Shown: positions 35,144-46,293, numbered from the stretch's first letter. The stretch: 51,915 nt of DNA from Firmicutes bacterium UBA995 (GCA_002291985.1 DBBB01000119.1:1-51915), one strand, 5' to 3'. The notes: generated by a model from the letters alone, not told the origin. Made by a program: numbers and translations.

Positions 35144-36111
35144 CCACCCGGACGGTGGGTACTCGTTCCCTGGCCGAAGGCGCACTTCTGGCAGCCATCG
35201 CGGTCATCCTGGCTCTGGCGGGGATGTACCTGCCGGTCATTGGCTTGCTGGCGGGGCTGGCTTGGCCGATTCCCGTGATGTTGGCTCAGTTGCGTCACGG
35301 GATCCGTCTGAGCATGCTGGTGACCGCCGTGACCGGACTGCTGCTGACGGCAGGCGTCGGCCTGGTACCCGCGCTGGGGATGGTGTTCACCCTTGGCCCC
35401 CTGGGAATGGCGCTTGGCGAGGCTTTTCGCCGGGGCGTCAGCCCCGGCGCGACCCTGGCCGCGGCCGGCGGGGCAGCTTTGTTTTCCAACCTGTTCAGCC
35501 TGGGTGTGACCCTGGTGGTGATGGGCCAGAACCCCTTGTACCTCTATCGGACAGCCGTCGAAGAGGGACTTGAGTTGTCCACACGGATGTACGAGCGCAT
35601 GGGGATGGATGTCACGGCCATGATCGGTCCCATTCAGGAGCAAACGCAGTTGTTGCTCGGCCTGTTGTTCCCATTCACCATCGCCATGGCAGCGCTGACG
35701 CTGGGAGGGATGAACTACGGCCTTGCCACGCTGGTGTTGCGTCGCCTGGGATACCGGATCGCACCCTTTCCCGCCTTCGCCTCCTGGCGGCTGCCGCGAC
35801 ACGCATGGTTGGTCTTGCTCATCGCCATCGGGCTGGTGTTTGCCGACGGCGGCCGGCGAGGGCTTGCCTATGCGGCAGGCTCCAACCTGATGCTGGCAGG
35901 CCAGTTTGCCTTTTTGGTCACAGGCCTGGCCGTCATCTACTGGTGGCTTCACCGTCTCCGCCTGAACCGGCTGGTGAAAGTGGTCGCGGTCGTCTACATT
36001 TTCGCCGTCCAGCCCCTGACCTTGGCCGCCATGCTGGTGGGCTTGACGGACATCGCGTTTGACTGGCGGAAGCTTCGGCCGGCCGGGAGCAGAGGAGGTG
36101 GTGGGACGTGA
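35140..36111 (+). CDS. yybS: DUF2232 (YybS-like) integral membrane protein
   Basis: GTG 35140 overlaps the upstream stop. It is polytopic and hydrophobic throughout. The conserved position is upstream of rplI. Confidence 0.7.
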   Translation: MTTRTVGTRSLAEGALLAAIAVILALAGMYLPVIGLLAGLAWPIPVMLAQLRHGIRLSMLVTAVTGLLLTAGVGLVPALGMVFTLGPLGMALGEAFRRGVSPGATLAAAGGAALFSNLFSLGVTLVVMGQNPLYLYRTAVEEGLELSTRMYERMGMDVTAMIGPIQEQTQLLLGLLFPFTIAMAALTLGGMNYGLATLVLRRLGYRIAPFPAFASWRLPRHAWLVLLIAIGLVFADGGRRGLAYAAGSNLMLAGQFAFLVTGLAVIYWWLHRLRLNRLVKVVAVVYIFAVQPLTLAAMLVGLTDIAFDWRKLRPAGSRGGGGT

Positions 36112-36575
36112 AGGTGTTGCTGCTTCAGGATGTTCCTGCGTTGGGCATACGGGGTGAGATCCGGGACGTGGCTGACGGTTACGCCCGGAACTACCTGATC
36201 CCGCGGGGATTGGCCCGCCAGGCCTCGACGGGGATTGAACGAGCAGCGAGGGTTCGGGCGGACTCGGCTGCCGCTCGTTCGGCGCGCGCGATCCAGGAGG
36301 CACGAGAAACGGCAGCACGGCTGAACGGGTTCAGCCTGACCATCCGCGCCCGGGCAGGCGAGAAGGGGCGGCTCTTCGGCTCGGTGACGAGCCAGGACAT
36401 CGCCAATGGTCTTGCCGCAGTCGCGGGTGTCACCGTGGATCGACGCCGCGTGTTGCTGGATGATACGATCAAGACCCTGGGCACATACCGGGTCGGGGTG
36501 CGACTCCACTCCCAGGTGCAGGCTGTCGTGGAAGTCCGGGTTGAAGGTGAAGACGGGAGGGGAGTAACAGGGTGA
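36108..36575 (+). CDS. rplI: 50S ribosomal protein L9
   Basis: GTG overlaps the yybS stop. MKVLLLQDVPALGIRGEIRDVADGYARNYLIPRGLA. Confidence 0.9.
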   Translation: MKVLLLQDVPALGIRGEIRDVADGYARNYLIPRGLARQASTGIERAARVRADSAAARSARAIQEARETAARLNGFSLTIRARAGEKGRLFGSVTSQDIANGLAAVAGVTVDRRRVLLDDTIKTLGTYRVGVRLHSQVQAVVEVRVEGEDGRGVTG

Positions 36576-38536
36576 GTGCTTTGGCCGACCGGGGCGCGGC
36601 CGATCGCGAACGACTGGGCCGGCAGGTAGGGGCCTTGTTTGGGATGTTGTCGACCTTGTATGGGCCCGACAGACTCGTGTTGAAGGCGGGCAAGCTTGAG
36701 GCACTTGACGGAATGCAGTCATCCGTCCTCGAGGAACAGGTCCAGGCACTACAGAAACTGGTATTCGAAGATCCGACCATTGCCCTCCCCCTCAACCTGG
36801 AGGAAATACCCCGGGCGCTGGAAGAGATCGAGGACGAACTGGCAGACCTCCTCGCCCGCCGGTCGGTAGAGGAACGGATCGACAAGAAGATCGCCGAACG
36901 CATGCAGCAGCGCCACGAGGAATACGTCAAGGAACTCCGGATCCAGGTTCTGAAAGAGGCGGGAAGCCCGGAGACAGCGCAGACACTGAAACGTTACGCC
37001 ACCCTCGAGAAGATGGATCGACAACGACTGACCCGGTCGGTGATGGAAATTCTTCGCCCGTCCCGCCTTGAAGAGATTATCGGGCAGCAGCAGGCCGTAC
37101 GGGCGCTTTTGGCCAAGATAGCGGCTCCCTTTCCCCAACATGTGATCCTGTACGGGCCGCCCGGCGTGGGCAAGACGTCGGCCGCGCGGCTGGTGTTGGA
37201 GGCCGCGAAACAGATCAAACGGAGCCCGTTCGGCAAAGATGCGCCGTTCGTGGAGGTCGACGGGGCCACCCTACGCTGGGATCCACGCGAGATCACCAAC
37301 CCTCTGCTCGGCTCGGTCCATGACCCGATCTACCAGGGGGCCCGCCGCGACCTGGCGGAGGGGGGTGTACCCGAACCCAAGCTGGGACTGGTGACGGAGG
37401 CTCACACCGGCATCCTTTTCATAGACGAGATCGGGGAAATGGACCTGTTCCTGCAGGCCAAGTTACTGAAAGTGCTCGAGGAGAAACGCGTCAGCTTCGA
37501 TTCCTCTTACTACGACCCATCCGACCCGCAGGTGCCGAGGTATATCAAGAAGCTGTTCGAGGAAGGCGCCCCGGCCGATTTCTTGTTGGTGACGGCTACG
37601 ACCCGGTGCCCGGAAGACATCAATCCCGCGGTCCGTTCACGTTGCGCCGAGGTGTTTTTCGAGCCCCTGACCCCGACCGAGATCGTGCGGATCGTCCATG
37701 ATGCCGGCCGCAAGCTTGCGGTGCAGTTCGAGGCAGGGGTTGCCGAACTCATTGCCGATTATACCGCGGAAGGCCGTAAAGCCATCGGGATCCTGGCTGA
37801 TGCGTACAGCCTCGCCCTGCTCAGCCATCGCAAGCGGACGCGGCTGATCTTACGCCAGGACGCCGTCCGCGAGGTGGTCAAGTGCAGTCGACTCATCCCC
37901 AACGTGAACCAGAAGGGCCATTCGGGCCACGAGGTAGGTCGCGTGTTTGCCATGGCGGTCGCGGGCTACCTTGGTTCCATCCTGGAAGTGGAGGCGGTGG
38001 TGTTCCCCTCCCGGGAACCCGGGAAGGGTAGTCTTCGTTTCAACGATACGGCTGGTACCATGGCCCGCGACTCCGTGTTCAACGCCCTGTCTGTGGCCCG
38101 GCGGCTCACCGGAGAGGATCTGGCAAACTACGATGTCCACGTGAATGTGGTCGGCGGCGGACGAGTGGACGGCCCTTCGGCCGGGGCGGCCATCCTGCTG
38201 GCGGTGGTGAGCGCCCTACAAGGCCATCCCGTGCGACAAGACATCGCTGTGACCGGCGAGATCTCTTTGCAGGGACGGATTCGACCGGTAGGAGGGTTGG
38301 CCGAGAAGCTGTATGGCGCCAGGCAGGCAGGGATGAAAGGGGCCGTGGTTCCCGTGGAAAACCTGAAGGAGTTTCCCGGAGACGCGCACGGCCTGGACGT
38401 GTACGGAGTAAGCACTGCCGACGAACTCCTCCCCCTGGTCCTGGCGATGCCGGCCGCCCAAGAAAGCGGCGCCCCGCCCGTCGAAGCCACCCGTCGCCGT
38501 CCTCGCCATCCGAACCGGGGTCCTGTGCCCGCTTAG
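36572..38536 (+). CDS. lonC: Lon-family ATP-dependent protease, LonC-like (endospore-former type)
   Basis: GTG overlaps the rplI stop. Coiled-coil N-terminus, Walker A GPPGVGKT, Walker B LFIDEIGEMD, and the Lon protease serine in DGPSAGAAILLAVVSAL. Confidence 0.8.
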   Translation: MSALADRGAADRERLGRQVGALFGMLSTLYGPDRLVLKAGKLEALDGMQSSVLEEQVQALQKLVFEDPTIALPLNLEEIPRALEEIEDELADLLARRSVEERIDKKIAERMQQRHEEYVKELRIQVLKEAGSPETAQTLKRYATLEKMDRQRLTRSVMEILRPSRLEEIIGQQQAVRALLAKIAAPFPQHVILYGPPGVGKTSAARLVLEAAKQIKRSPFGKDAPFVEVDGATLRWDPREITNPLLGSVHDPIYQGARRDLAEGGVPEPKLGLVTEAHTGILFIDEIGEMDLFLQAKLLKVLEEKRVSFDSSYYDPSDPQVPRYIKKLFEEGAPADFLLVTATTRCPEDINPAVRSRCAEVFFEPLTPTEIVRIVHDAGRKLAVQFEAGVAELIADYTAEGRKAIGILADAYSLALLSHRKRTRLILRQDAVREVVKCSRLIPNVNQKGHSGHEVGRVFAMAVAGYLGSILEVEAVVFPSREPGKGSLRFNDTAGTMARDSVFNALSVARRLTGEDLANYDVHVNVVGGGRVDGPSAGAAILLAVVSALQGHPVRQDIAVTGEISLQGRIRPVGGLAEKLYGARQAGMKGAVVPVENLKEFPGDAHGLDVYGVSTADELLPLVLAMPAAQESGAPPVEATRRRPRHPNRGPVPA

Positions 38537-38546
38537 CGGGCAATAC

Positions 38547-39878
38547 ATGATGGCTACTGAGCCCAAGGTGCCGCCCCACAGCCTCGAGGCAGAACAGAGC
38601 GTACTGGGGGCGATGTTCATCGACCCCCAGGCGGCCATTCGGGCCTCCGAACTCCTGCGCGTGGACGATTTCTATCGCGAGGCCCACCGCCGCGTGTTCG
38701 AGGCTGCCCTCGCCGTTCGCGAACGCCGCGAGCCCATCGACCTGATCACCATGACCGAGGAACTGCGTCGCCGTTCCTGGCTGGAGGCGGTAGGGGGCAT
38801 CACCTACCTGAGCCAACTGGCAGCCTTCGTGCCTACCGCCGCACACACCGAGCATTACGCCCGGATCGTGCAACAGAAGGCACTGCTCAGAGCCCTGATC
38901 CTGTCATCGATCGCCGTGCAAGAAATGGCATACGCGGGCACCGAAGAAGTAACCGCCCTGCTTGATCGGGCGGAACAGGCAGTGTTTGCCGTCACCCAGC
39001 GCGGGGCGCGCCGGGAACACCACGTCCTCAAGGACGTCCTGGATCGCTCCTTGAACCACATCGAGGACCTCTATCGCAGGGACACCGACCTCACAGGAGT
39101 CGACACCGGCTTTGCCGACCTCAACCGGCTCACGTCCGGGCTACAGCCCTCCGACTTCATCGTGATAGCCGGGCGGCCTGGCCAAGGCAAGACGGCCCTC
39201 GCCCTCTGCCTGGCGCGACACGCCGCCCTGGAGTGTGACCTGCCGACGCTGGTTTTCAGTCTCGAGATGTCTGCTGAACAACTATGTCTGCGCCTGCTCG
39301 CGGCCCAATCACAGGTCGACGGGACGCGCTTGCGGACGGGGCGACTCGGCAGGGATGATTGGGACCGGTTGTCGGAAGCGGCCGGTCGGCTTGGCTCGGC
39401 CCCCTTGCTGCTGGACGACACGCCCGCCCTCACTCTCATGGAACTCAGAGGTCGAGCGCGCCGCCTCCGGGCGGAACAGAGAGTGGGCTTGATCGTCGTG
39501 GACTACCTACAGCTCATAACCGTTCCCGGCCGCCATGAAAACAGACAGCAGGAGATCAGCGAGATCTCGCGGTCTCTCAAGGCGTTGGCCCGGGAACTCG
39601 AGGTGCCGGTGGTGACCTGCTCGCAGCTATCCCGGGCGGTGGAGCGGCGGGGAGAGGGGAGCCGACCACAACTCTCTGACCTTCGAGAGTCGGGGGCCAT
39701 CGAACAGGATGCCGATCTGGTGGCTTTCATCCATTTTGACGCGCGCAAGGAAAACCGGGACATAGCAGACTTCATCCTCGCCAAGCAACGCAATGGGCCG
39801 ACTGATTCCTTCGAGCTGTACTTCCGCCGCGACGTATCCCGTTTTGAGAGCATCGAGCGACGCCGTACCGCTCCTTGA
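38547..39878 (+). CDS. dnaB: replicative DNA helicase
   Basis: PPHSLEAEQSVLGAM, Walker A GRPGQGKTALAL, IVVDYLQL, QLSRAVE.R. Confidence 0.9.
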   Translation: MMATEPKVPPHSLEAEQSVLGAMFIDPQAAIRASELLRVDDFYREAHRRVFEAALAVRERREPIDLITMTEELRRRSWLEAVGGITYLSQLAAFVPTAAHTEHYARIVQQKALLRALILSSIAVQEMAYAGTEEVTALLDRAEQAVFAVTQRGARREHHVLKDVLDRSLNHIEDLYRRDTDLTGVDTGFADLNRLTSGLQPSDFIVIAGRPGQGKTALALCLARHAALECDLPTLVFSLEMSAEQLCLRLLAAQSQVDGTRLRTGRLGRDDWDRLSEAAGRLGSAPLLLDDTPALTLMELRGRARRLRAEQRVGLIVVDYLQLITVPGRHENRQQEISEISRSLKALARELEVPVVTCSQLSRAVERRGEGSRPQLSDLRESGAIEQDADLVAFIHFDARKENRDIADFILAKQRNGPTDSFELYFRRDVSRFESIERRRTAP

Positions 39879-39950
39879 GCAGAGCCGGCGTGCCCCTCCT
39901 CGCCCAGCCGGTCAATGAACAGGTGTCGTGCGCCGGTACCTGCTCGCTCT

Positions 39951-41156
39951 TCAGGAGGGGATGCGTCTCCGTAGCGCGGGCTTGACCCCCACGAGGATGA
40001 TTACATTGGCCGCCAGGCAAAAGAAGGCTAGCAGCCAGAAAGATGGAGCGTAGGACCCGACCAGGTCATAGATACGACCGGCCAGAAAGGGCCCCAGCAA
40101 TCCTGCCGCACCCCAGGCCGTGAACATCGCCCCGTAGACTGCCCCGAAGTGCCGGACGCCCCACACGTCAGCGGTCAACGCAGGAGAGAGGGCAAGATAT
40201 CCGCCAAAGGACAGGCCACCGCTGATAGCGGCGACGCGGAGCAACCAGGGCGCGTCCAAAGACAAGCTCAGGGGCACCGCCGAGACGGCGGCCATCATGA
40301 AGACCCCGATGAGCACGAAAGTGTTCAGGCGCCCGATCCGGTCGGACAGAGGGCTGAGCACTATCCGGCCGCTGAAGTTGAACAGAGAGAACAGGGAGAT
40401 CAGGGCGACCGCTGCCCCGGATGGAAGCCCGGCGAAATCGGTGGCGAACGGTTTGATGTGAGCGATGATGGCAAAGCCCGCTGAAGTGATGAGCAAGTAA
40501 TTCACCCACATGCAGGCGAACTCCCGGGTGGCCACCGCGGTCCGGACCGTGGCCTCCTGCCCCGTGTACTCGGAGGTCAGGATGCGCCTGCCCTTTGCTG
40601 GGTCCCAGCCCAGCGGGCGCCAGCCAGGGGGAGGCAGGCGTAACACGAGGGACAGCAGCACGGTCACGCCGGCGAACAGCACGCCCGCAAGCAAAAAGAC
40701 AGTTCGCCAACCATGGGCCGCCAGCAGGATATGGATGGGGGAAGCGAACACCAGGGCTCCCAGCCCAAATCCGCCCACCATTATGCCGGTCGCCGTCCCG
40801 CGGTGATCGGGAAACCAGCGGATACCTCCGGCGACCACTCCCGCATAGCCGAGGGCGATTCCCGTGCCGGTCAACAGCCCGAATGCTCCCGTCAGTTCCC
40901 CTAGCGTGCGGGCGTGGGCGCTGAGGATGTACCCCATGCCGCCCAGCACGGCGCCGGCCATGACGACCAGGCGGGGCCCGCGCCGGTCTTGTAGCTGTCC
41001 TGCTGGGAACATCATCAGCGCGAACACCATCGAGGCTACGGAGAACGGCAAGACCGCCTGCACCCGCGTCCAGCCGAAATCAGCCTGGAGCGCGGGGACG
41101 AACACTCCCCAGGCATAGAAGCCGCCCTGGGTGAGGGTGATGAGGAAGCCCGCCAA
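39951..41156 (-). CDS. MFS transporter, oxalate/formate antiporter (OFA)-like
   Basis: About 12 hydrophobic segments. N-terminal AGFLITLTQGGFYAWGVF is typical of the OFA/L-lactate subfamily. The only in-frame start is TTG 41156, which has no SD. Confidence 0.75.
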   Translation of the reverse strand: MAGFLITLTQGGFYAWGVFVPALQADFGWTRVQAVLPFSVASMVFALMMFPAGQLQDRRGPRLVVMAGAVLGGMGYILSAHARTLGELTGAFGLLTGTGIALGYAGVVAGGIRWFPDHRGTATGIMVGGFGLGALVFASPIHILLAAHGWRTVFLLAGVLFAGVTVLLSLVLRLPPPGWRPLGWDPAKGRRILTSEYTGQEATVRTAVATREFACMWVNYLLITSAGFAIIAHIKPFATDFAGLPSGAAVALISLFSLFNFSGRIVLSPLSDRIGRLNTFVLIGVFMMAAVSAVPLSLSLDAPWLLRVAAISGGLSFGGYLALSPALTADVWGVRHFGAVYGAMFTAWGAAGLLGPFLAGRIYDLVGSYAPSFWLLAFFCLAANVIILVGVKPALRRRIPS

Positions 41157-41227
41157 GGCAACGACATAACGGAATCGATGACGGATCAGCGAACTCGCCC
41201 CCAGTTTGGCCCGTCGAATCCGACGAT

Positions 41228-41267
41228 GAAGAACGGCCCCGGATCTTCCCGCCCGGGGCCGTTCTTC
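41228..41267 (-). terminator. 15-bp perfect inverted repeat just downstream of groEL
   Basis: GAAGAACGGCCCCGG (41228-41242) pairs with CCGGGGCCGTTCTTC (41253-41267). It lies 16 nt after the groEL stop. There is no U-tract on the transcribed strand. Confidence 0.45.
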
Positions 41268-41282
41268 CCTGCTGCCCGATTC

Positions 41283-42932
<1,650 letters not shown>

Positions 42933-43217
42933 TTACTCCTTGATGGCGAGGATGTCTGATTCTCTCAGCACCAGGTACTCCTGATCCTCCAGCTTTACCT
43001 CGCTGCCGCCATACCTCGCATAGATTACCCTGTCGCCCACCTTGACCTCCGGGGGCACCCGCTTGCCGGTATCGAGCAGGCGTCCCTGGCCAACCGCCAC
43101 AACTTCGCCCTCTTGAGGCTTTTCCTTGGCGGTGTCGGGGAGGACGATGCCTCCACGAGTTCGCTCCTCGGCGGTGATGGCCCGCACTACGACGCGGTCC
43201 GCCAGCGGCTTGAGCAC
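42933..43217 (-). CDS. groS: co-chaperonin GroES
   Basis: GTG 43217 ([11 protein letters not shown]...) lies 7 nt after AAAGGAGGAG and gives 94 aa. The track start at 43253 lies inside the CIRCE operator. Confidence 0.9.
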   Translation of the reverse strand: MLKPLADRVVVRAITAEERTRGGIVLPDTAKEKPQEGEVVAVGQGRLLDTGKRVPPEVKVGDRVIYARYGGSEVKLEDQEYLVLRESDILAIKE

Positions 43218-43246
43218 TCCTTCCACTCCTCCTTTTCCCACAACCG

Positions 43247-43273
43247 TTAGCACTCATCTTGGCAGAGTGCTAA
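43247..43273. promoter_or_regulatory. CIRCE operator (HrcA binding site)
   Basis: Exact consensus TTAGCACTC-N9-GAGTGCTAA, lying between the groES promoter and the SD. Confidence 0.9.
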
Positions 43274-43277
43274 CAGT

Positions 43278-43307
43278 ATACTACCAATAGACTTTCCGGC
43301 TTGTCAA
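43278..43307 (-). promoter_or_regulatory. groESL promoter
   Basis: On the minus strand: TTGACA (43307-43302), an 18-nt spacer ending in TGG, then TAGTAT (43283-43278), immediately upstream of CIRCE. Confidence 0.5.
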
Positions 43308-43320
43308 CGTCCCCCGACGG

Positions 43321-43378
43321 GTTCGGCGGTCACCGCGTGACAATATCGCCGTCCGCCCACAAGTTCGGCGGTCACCGC
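43321..43378 (+). repeat. two identical 16-bp direct repeats GTTCGGCGGTCACCGC, 42 bp apart
   Basis: The copies lie at 43321-43336 and 43363-43378. Each contains the palindrome GCGGTnACCGC. The second abuts the -35 of the plus-strand promoter. Confidence 0.7.
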
Positions 43379-43407
43379 TTGAAGGCGAGAAGACCTCAAG
43401 CTATACT
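43379..43407 (+). promoter_or_regulatory. candidate promoter of the FAD-protein gene
   Basis: TTGAAG (43379-43384), a 17-nt spacer, then TATACT (43402-43407). Confidence 0.4.
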
Positions 43408-43542
43408 GGAACCCGGGGAGGAGTCGGCCATGCCCGCAAACAAGCAGCGAGGGAGAGCCAGGTCCGCCGCGCTCTCCCGGGGGATCCCGGAAGGCCGCGC
43501 TACGAGACCCCGGGGGAAGCCCGATCGCGCGGGAGGACAACC

Positions 43543-44934
43543 TTGACCCCGTCAACTGATGTCATAATCATCGGGGCGGGACCAGCGGGCATTTTTGCCG
43601 CGTGGGAGTTGACCCGGGACTCCTCACTCCGCGTGCTCCTGCTAGAGAAGGGCCCTGCCCTGGCACTTCGAGAGTGCCATCGCACGGGAGGCGCCGGCGG
43701 CTGCTCTCACTGCCATCCGTGTCGCCTGGTCTCCGGCTGGGGAGGCGCCGGCGCTTTCAGCGACGGCAAGCTGACCCTGGCCCCGGAAGTGGGCGGGAGT
43801 CTGGGGGAGTACGTTGACCGGCCTGCCTTGCAGCAACTCATAGGCCAGGTTGACCAGGTCTACCGGGACTATGGCGCTCCCGAGCAGCTATACGGCGCGG
43901 AACCCGAAGCACAGCGCGATCTCCAGCGCCGGGCGGTTGCCGCCGACCTGATCTTGATCCCCACTCCCGTCCGACACATGGGGACCGAGGTCTGTTTCGA
44001 GGTGTTACGAGGGCTCCACCAGCATCTGGACCGGCGAGTCACCATCAAGACCGGGACTCTGGCTGAGGAGATCCTGGTGGTCGATGGGGCCGTCCAGGGC
44101 GTGCGGACGGCGGATGGCGAGCTTCATCGTGCTCGCTATGTGATAGCGGTACCCGGGAGGGAAGGTGCTTCCTGGTTCCGGGGTGAGGCAGCGCGACTCG
44201 GCATCGGCCTGGCGAACAATCCCGTGGACATCGGCGTGCGCGTGGAACTGCCCGCCATCGTCCTGCAGCATCTCACCGATCAGTTTTACGAGACCAAACT
44301 CGTGTACTACTCCCGATCTTTCGACGATCAGGTCCGGGTATTCTGTCTGTGCCCAAATGGGGAAGTTGTCCTGGAGAACACCGGAGGTCTCCTGACGGTG
44401 AACGGTCACAGTTGGGCGAACCGCAAGACGGACTTGACCAACTTTGCCCTACTGGTCTCCAAGACCTTCACCCGCCCGTTCGACCGGCCCATCGACTACG
44501 GGAAGTACATTGCGACCCTGGCCAACATGCTCAGCGGCGGGGTGCTGGTGCAGCGGCTGGGCGACCTGCGGGCTGGACGCAGGTCGACCGAGAAGCGGAT
44601 CGCCCGGGGCACGGTGCGACCCACGCTCTCCGAGGTGGCTGCCGGCGATCTGTCGCTGGTCCTGCCGTATCGCCACCTGACAAACATCCTGGAGATGCTG
44701 GAAGCCCTCGACCGGCTGGTGCCCGGCGTCAACTCCCGCCACACGCTGCTGTATGGGGTCGAGGTGAAGTTCTACTCCTCACGAGTGGACCTTTCTCCTG
44801 CGCTCGAGACCAGGATCAGGGGTCTGTTCGCGGCCGGCGACGGAGCCGGCGTCACCCGGGGGCTGGTCCAAGCATCGGCTTCCGGCATGCATGTCGCCCG
44901 ACAGATCCTCGGCCGTGAAGGCCGGGACGCATAG
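43543..44934 (+). CDS. FAD-dependent protein (COG2509-type uncharacterised dehydrogenase)
   Basis: TTG after GGGAGGA. Dinucleotide fold DVIIIGAGPAGIFAA. GWGGAGAFSDGKLTL is typical of COG2509. Confidence 0.75.
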   Translation: MTPSTDVIIIGAGPAGIFAAWELTRDSSLRVLLLEKGPALALRECHRTGGAGGCSHCHPCRLVSGWGGAGAFSDGKLTLAPEVGGSLGEYVDRPALQQLIGQVDQVYRDYGAPEQLYGAEPEAQRDLQRRAVAADLILIPTPVRHMGTEVCFEVLRGLHQHLDRRVTIKTGTLAEEILVVDGAVQGVRTADGELHRARYVIAVPGREGASWFRGEAARLGIGLANNPVDIGVRVELPAIVLQHLTDQFYETKLVYYSRSFDDQVRVFCLCPNGEVVLENTGGLLTVNGHSWANRKTDLTNFALLVSKTFTRPFDRPIDYGKYIATLANMLSGGVLVQRLGDLRAGRRSTEKRIARGTVRPTLSEVAAGDLSLVLPYRHLTNILEMLEALDRLVPGVNSRHTLLYGVEVKFYSSRVDLSPALETRIRGLFAAGDGAGVTRGLVQASASGMHVARQILGREGRDA

Positions 44935-44947
44935 GGAGGCGTTACCG

Positions 44948-46264
44948 TTGAGCACCCTGGTGGTGGTCGGGGCGCAGTGGGGCGACGAGGGGAAGGGTAA
45001 GGTCACCGACTACCTCTCGGCACGGGCGGACATGGTGGTTCGCTACCAGGGAGGCAACAACGCAGGGCATACCGTGGTGGTGGGCGACCGTGAGTATCGA
45101 ATGCGGCTCATACCTTCCGGAATATTCCATGACAAAGCATGTGTCATAGGTAACGGCGTGGTGCTCGATCCGGCGGTGCTGGTGCAGGAGCTGGACTATC
45201 TTGCCGAGCAAGGCATTTCGACGCAGCATCTTCGCGTGAGCGGTGCTGCCCACATCATTTTGCCCTATCACATTCGCCTTGACGAGCTGGACGAGGACCG
45301 CCGGGGAACCCTCAGGCTGGGCACGACCCGGCGCGGCATTGGTCCCGCCTATGCGGACAAGTCGGCGCGGATCGGTATCCGAGTGAGCGAATATCTGAAC
45401 CGGGCCGTATTTGCGGAGAAATTGCGGCGCAACCTCGAGGAAAAAAACCGAGCCCTGGCCGCCCTGTACGGGGCACCGGGTTTCGACTATGATGTCGTGT
45501 TCAGCCAATACCAGGCATACGCCGAGCGTGTCCGCCCCCTGGTGGCGGACACGTCCCTGCTCATCAATCAAGCTATCGACCGCGGGGAGAACGTACTGTT
45601 TGAGGGCGCTCAGGGGACCCTGCTGGACCTGGACCACGGCACGTACCCCTACGTGACCTCCTCTCATCCCGTGGCCGGGGGCGCCTGCATAGGAGCAGGA
45701 GTGGGTCCCACACGGATCGACCGGGTTCTCGGCACCGTCAAGGCTTACACCACCCGGGTCGGTGACGGGCCATTCCCCAGCGAACTCGCCGGAGCCGAGG
45801 GCGACTGGATCCGGGAACGCGGCCGCGAGTACGGTACCGTGACGGGTCGTCCTCGCCGCTGTGGATGGCTGGACACGACGATCGTCCGCTATGCCGCCCG
45901 AGTCAGTGGGCTGACCCACCTGGCGCTTACCCGCCTGGACACGCTGGCAGGCTTGGAGCGAGTTCGCATCTGCGTGGCCTACCGGCGGGACGGCGATATC
46001 ATCACCGACTTTCCGCAGGAACTCGAAAGCCTGGAGGCATGTGAACCCGTCTACGTCGATCTCCCCGGGTGGCCCCCCTTCAAGGAGCCGGACAGCTCGG
46101 CAGACCTACCCGGGGAGGCTCGGCGCTACCTTGAGGAGATTGAGGAGCGCTGCCGGCTACCGCTGGCTCTGATCTCGCTCGGGCGTGAACGTGGCCAGAC
46201 GCTGGCAATCACCGATGTCTTCGGAGACCCGCCGGCTTGCAGGAATCAGGCTGCCAGGATATAA
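44948..46264 (+). CDS. purA: adenylosuccinate synthase
   Basis: TTG 44948 lies 8 nt after GGGAGG. Motifs: VVVGAQWGDEGKGK, GGNNAGHT, TTRRGIGPAY. Confidence 0.9.
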   Translation: MSTLVVVGAQWGDEGKGKVTDYLSARADMVVRYQGGNNAGHTVVVGDREYRMRLIPSGIFHDKACVIGNGVVLDPAVLVQELDYLAEQGISTQHLRVSGAAHIILPYHIRLDELDEDRRGTLRLGTTRRGIGPAYADKSARIGIRVSEYLNRAVFAEKLRRNLEEKNRALAALYGAPGFDYDVVFSQYQAYAERVRPLVADTSLLINQAIDRGENVLFEGAQGTLLDLDHGTYPYVTSSHPVAGGACIGAGVGPTRIDRVLGTVKAYTTRVGDGPFPSELAGAEGDWIRERGREYGTVTGRPRRCGWLDTTIVRYAARVSGLTHLALTRLDTLAGLERVRICVAYRRDGDIITDFPQELESLEACEPVYVDLPGWPPFKEPDSSADLPGEARRYLEEIEERCRLPLALISLGRERGQTLAITDVFGDPPACRNQAARI

Positions 46265-46293
46265 TGCTCCCAGGACGACCGAGTTCGCCGCGA

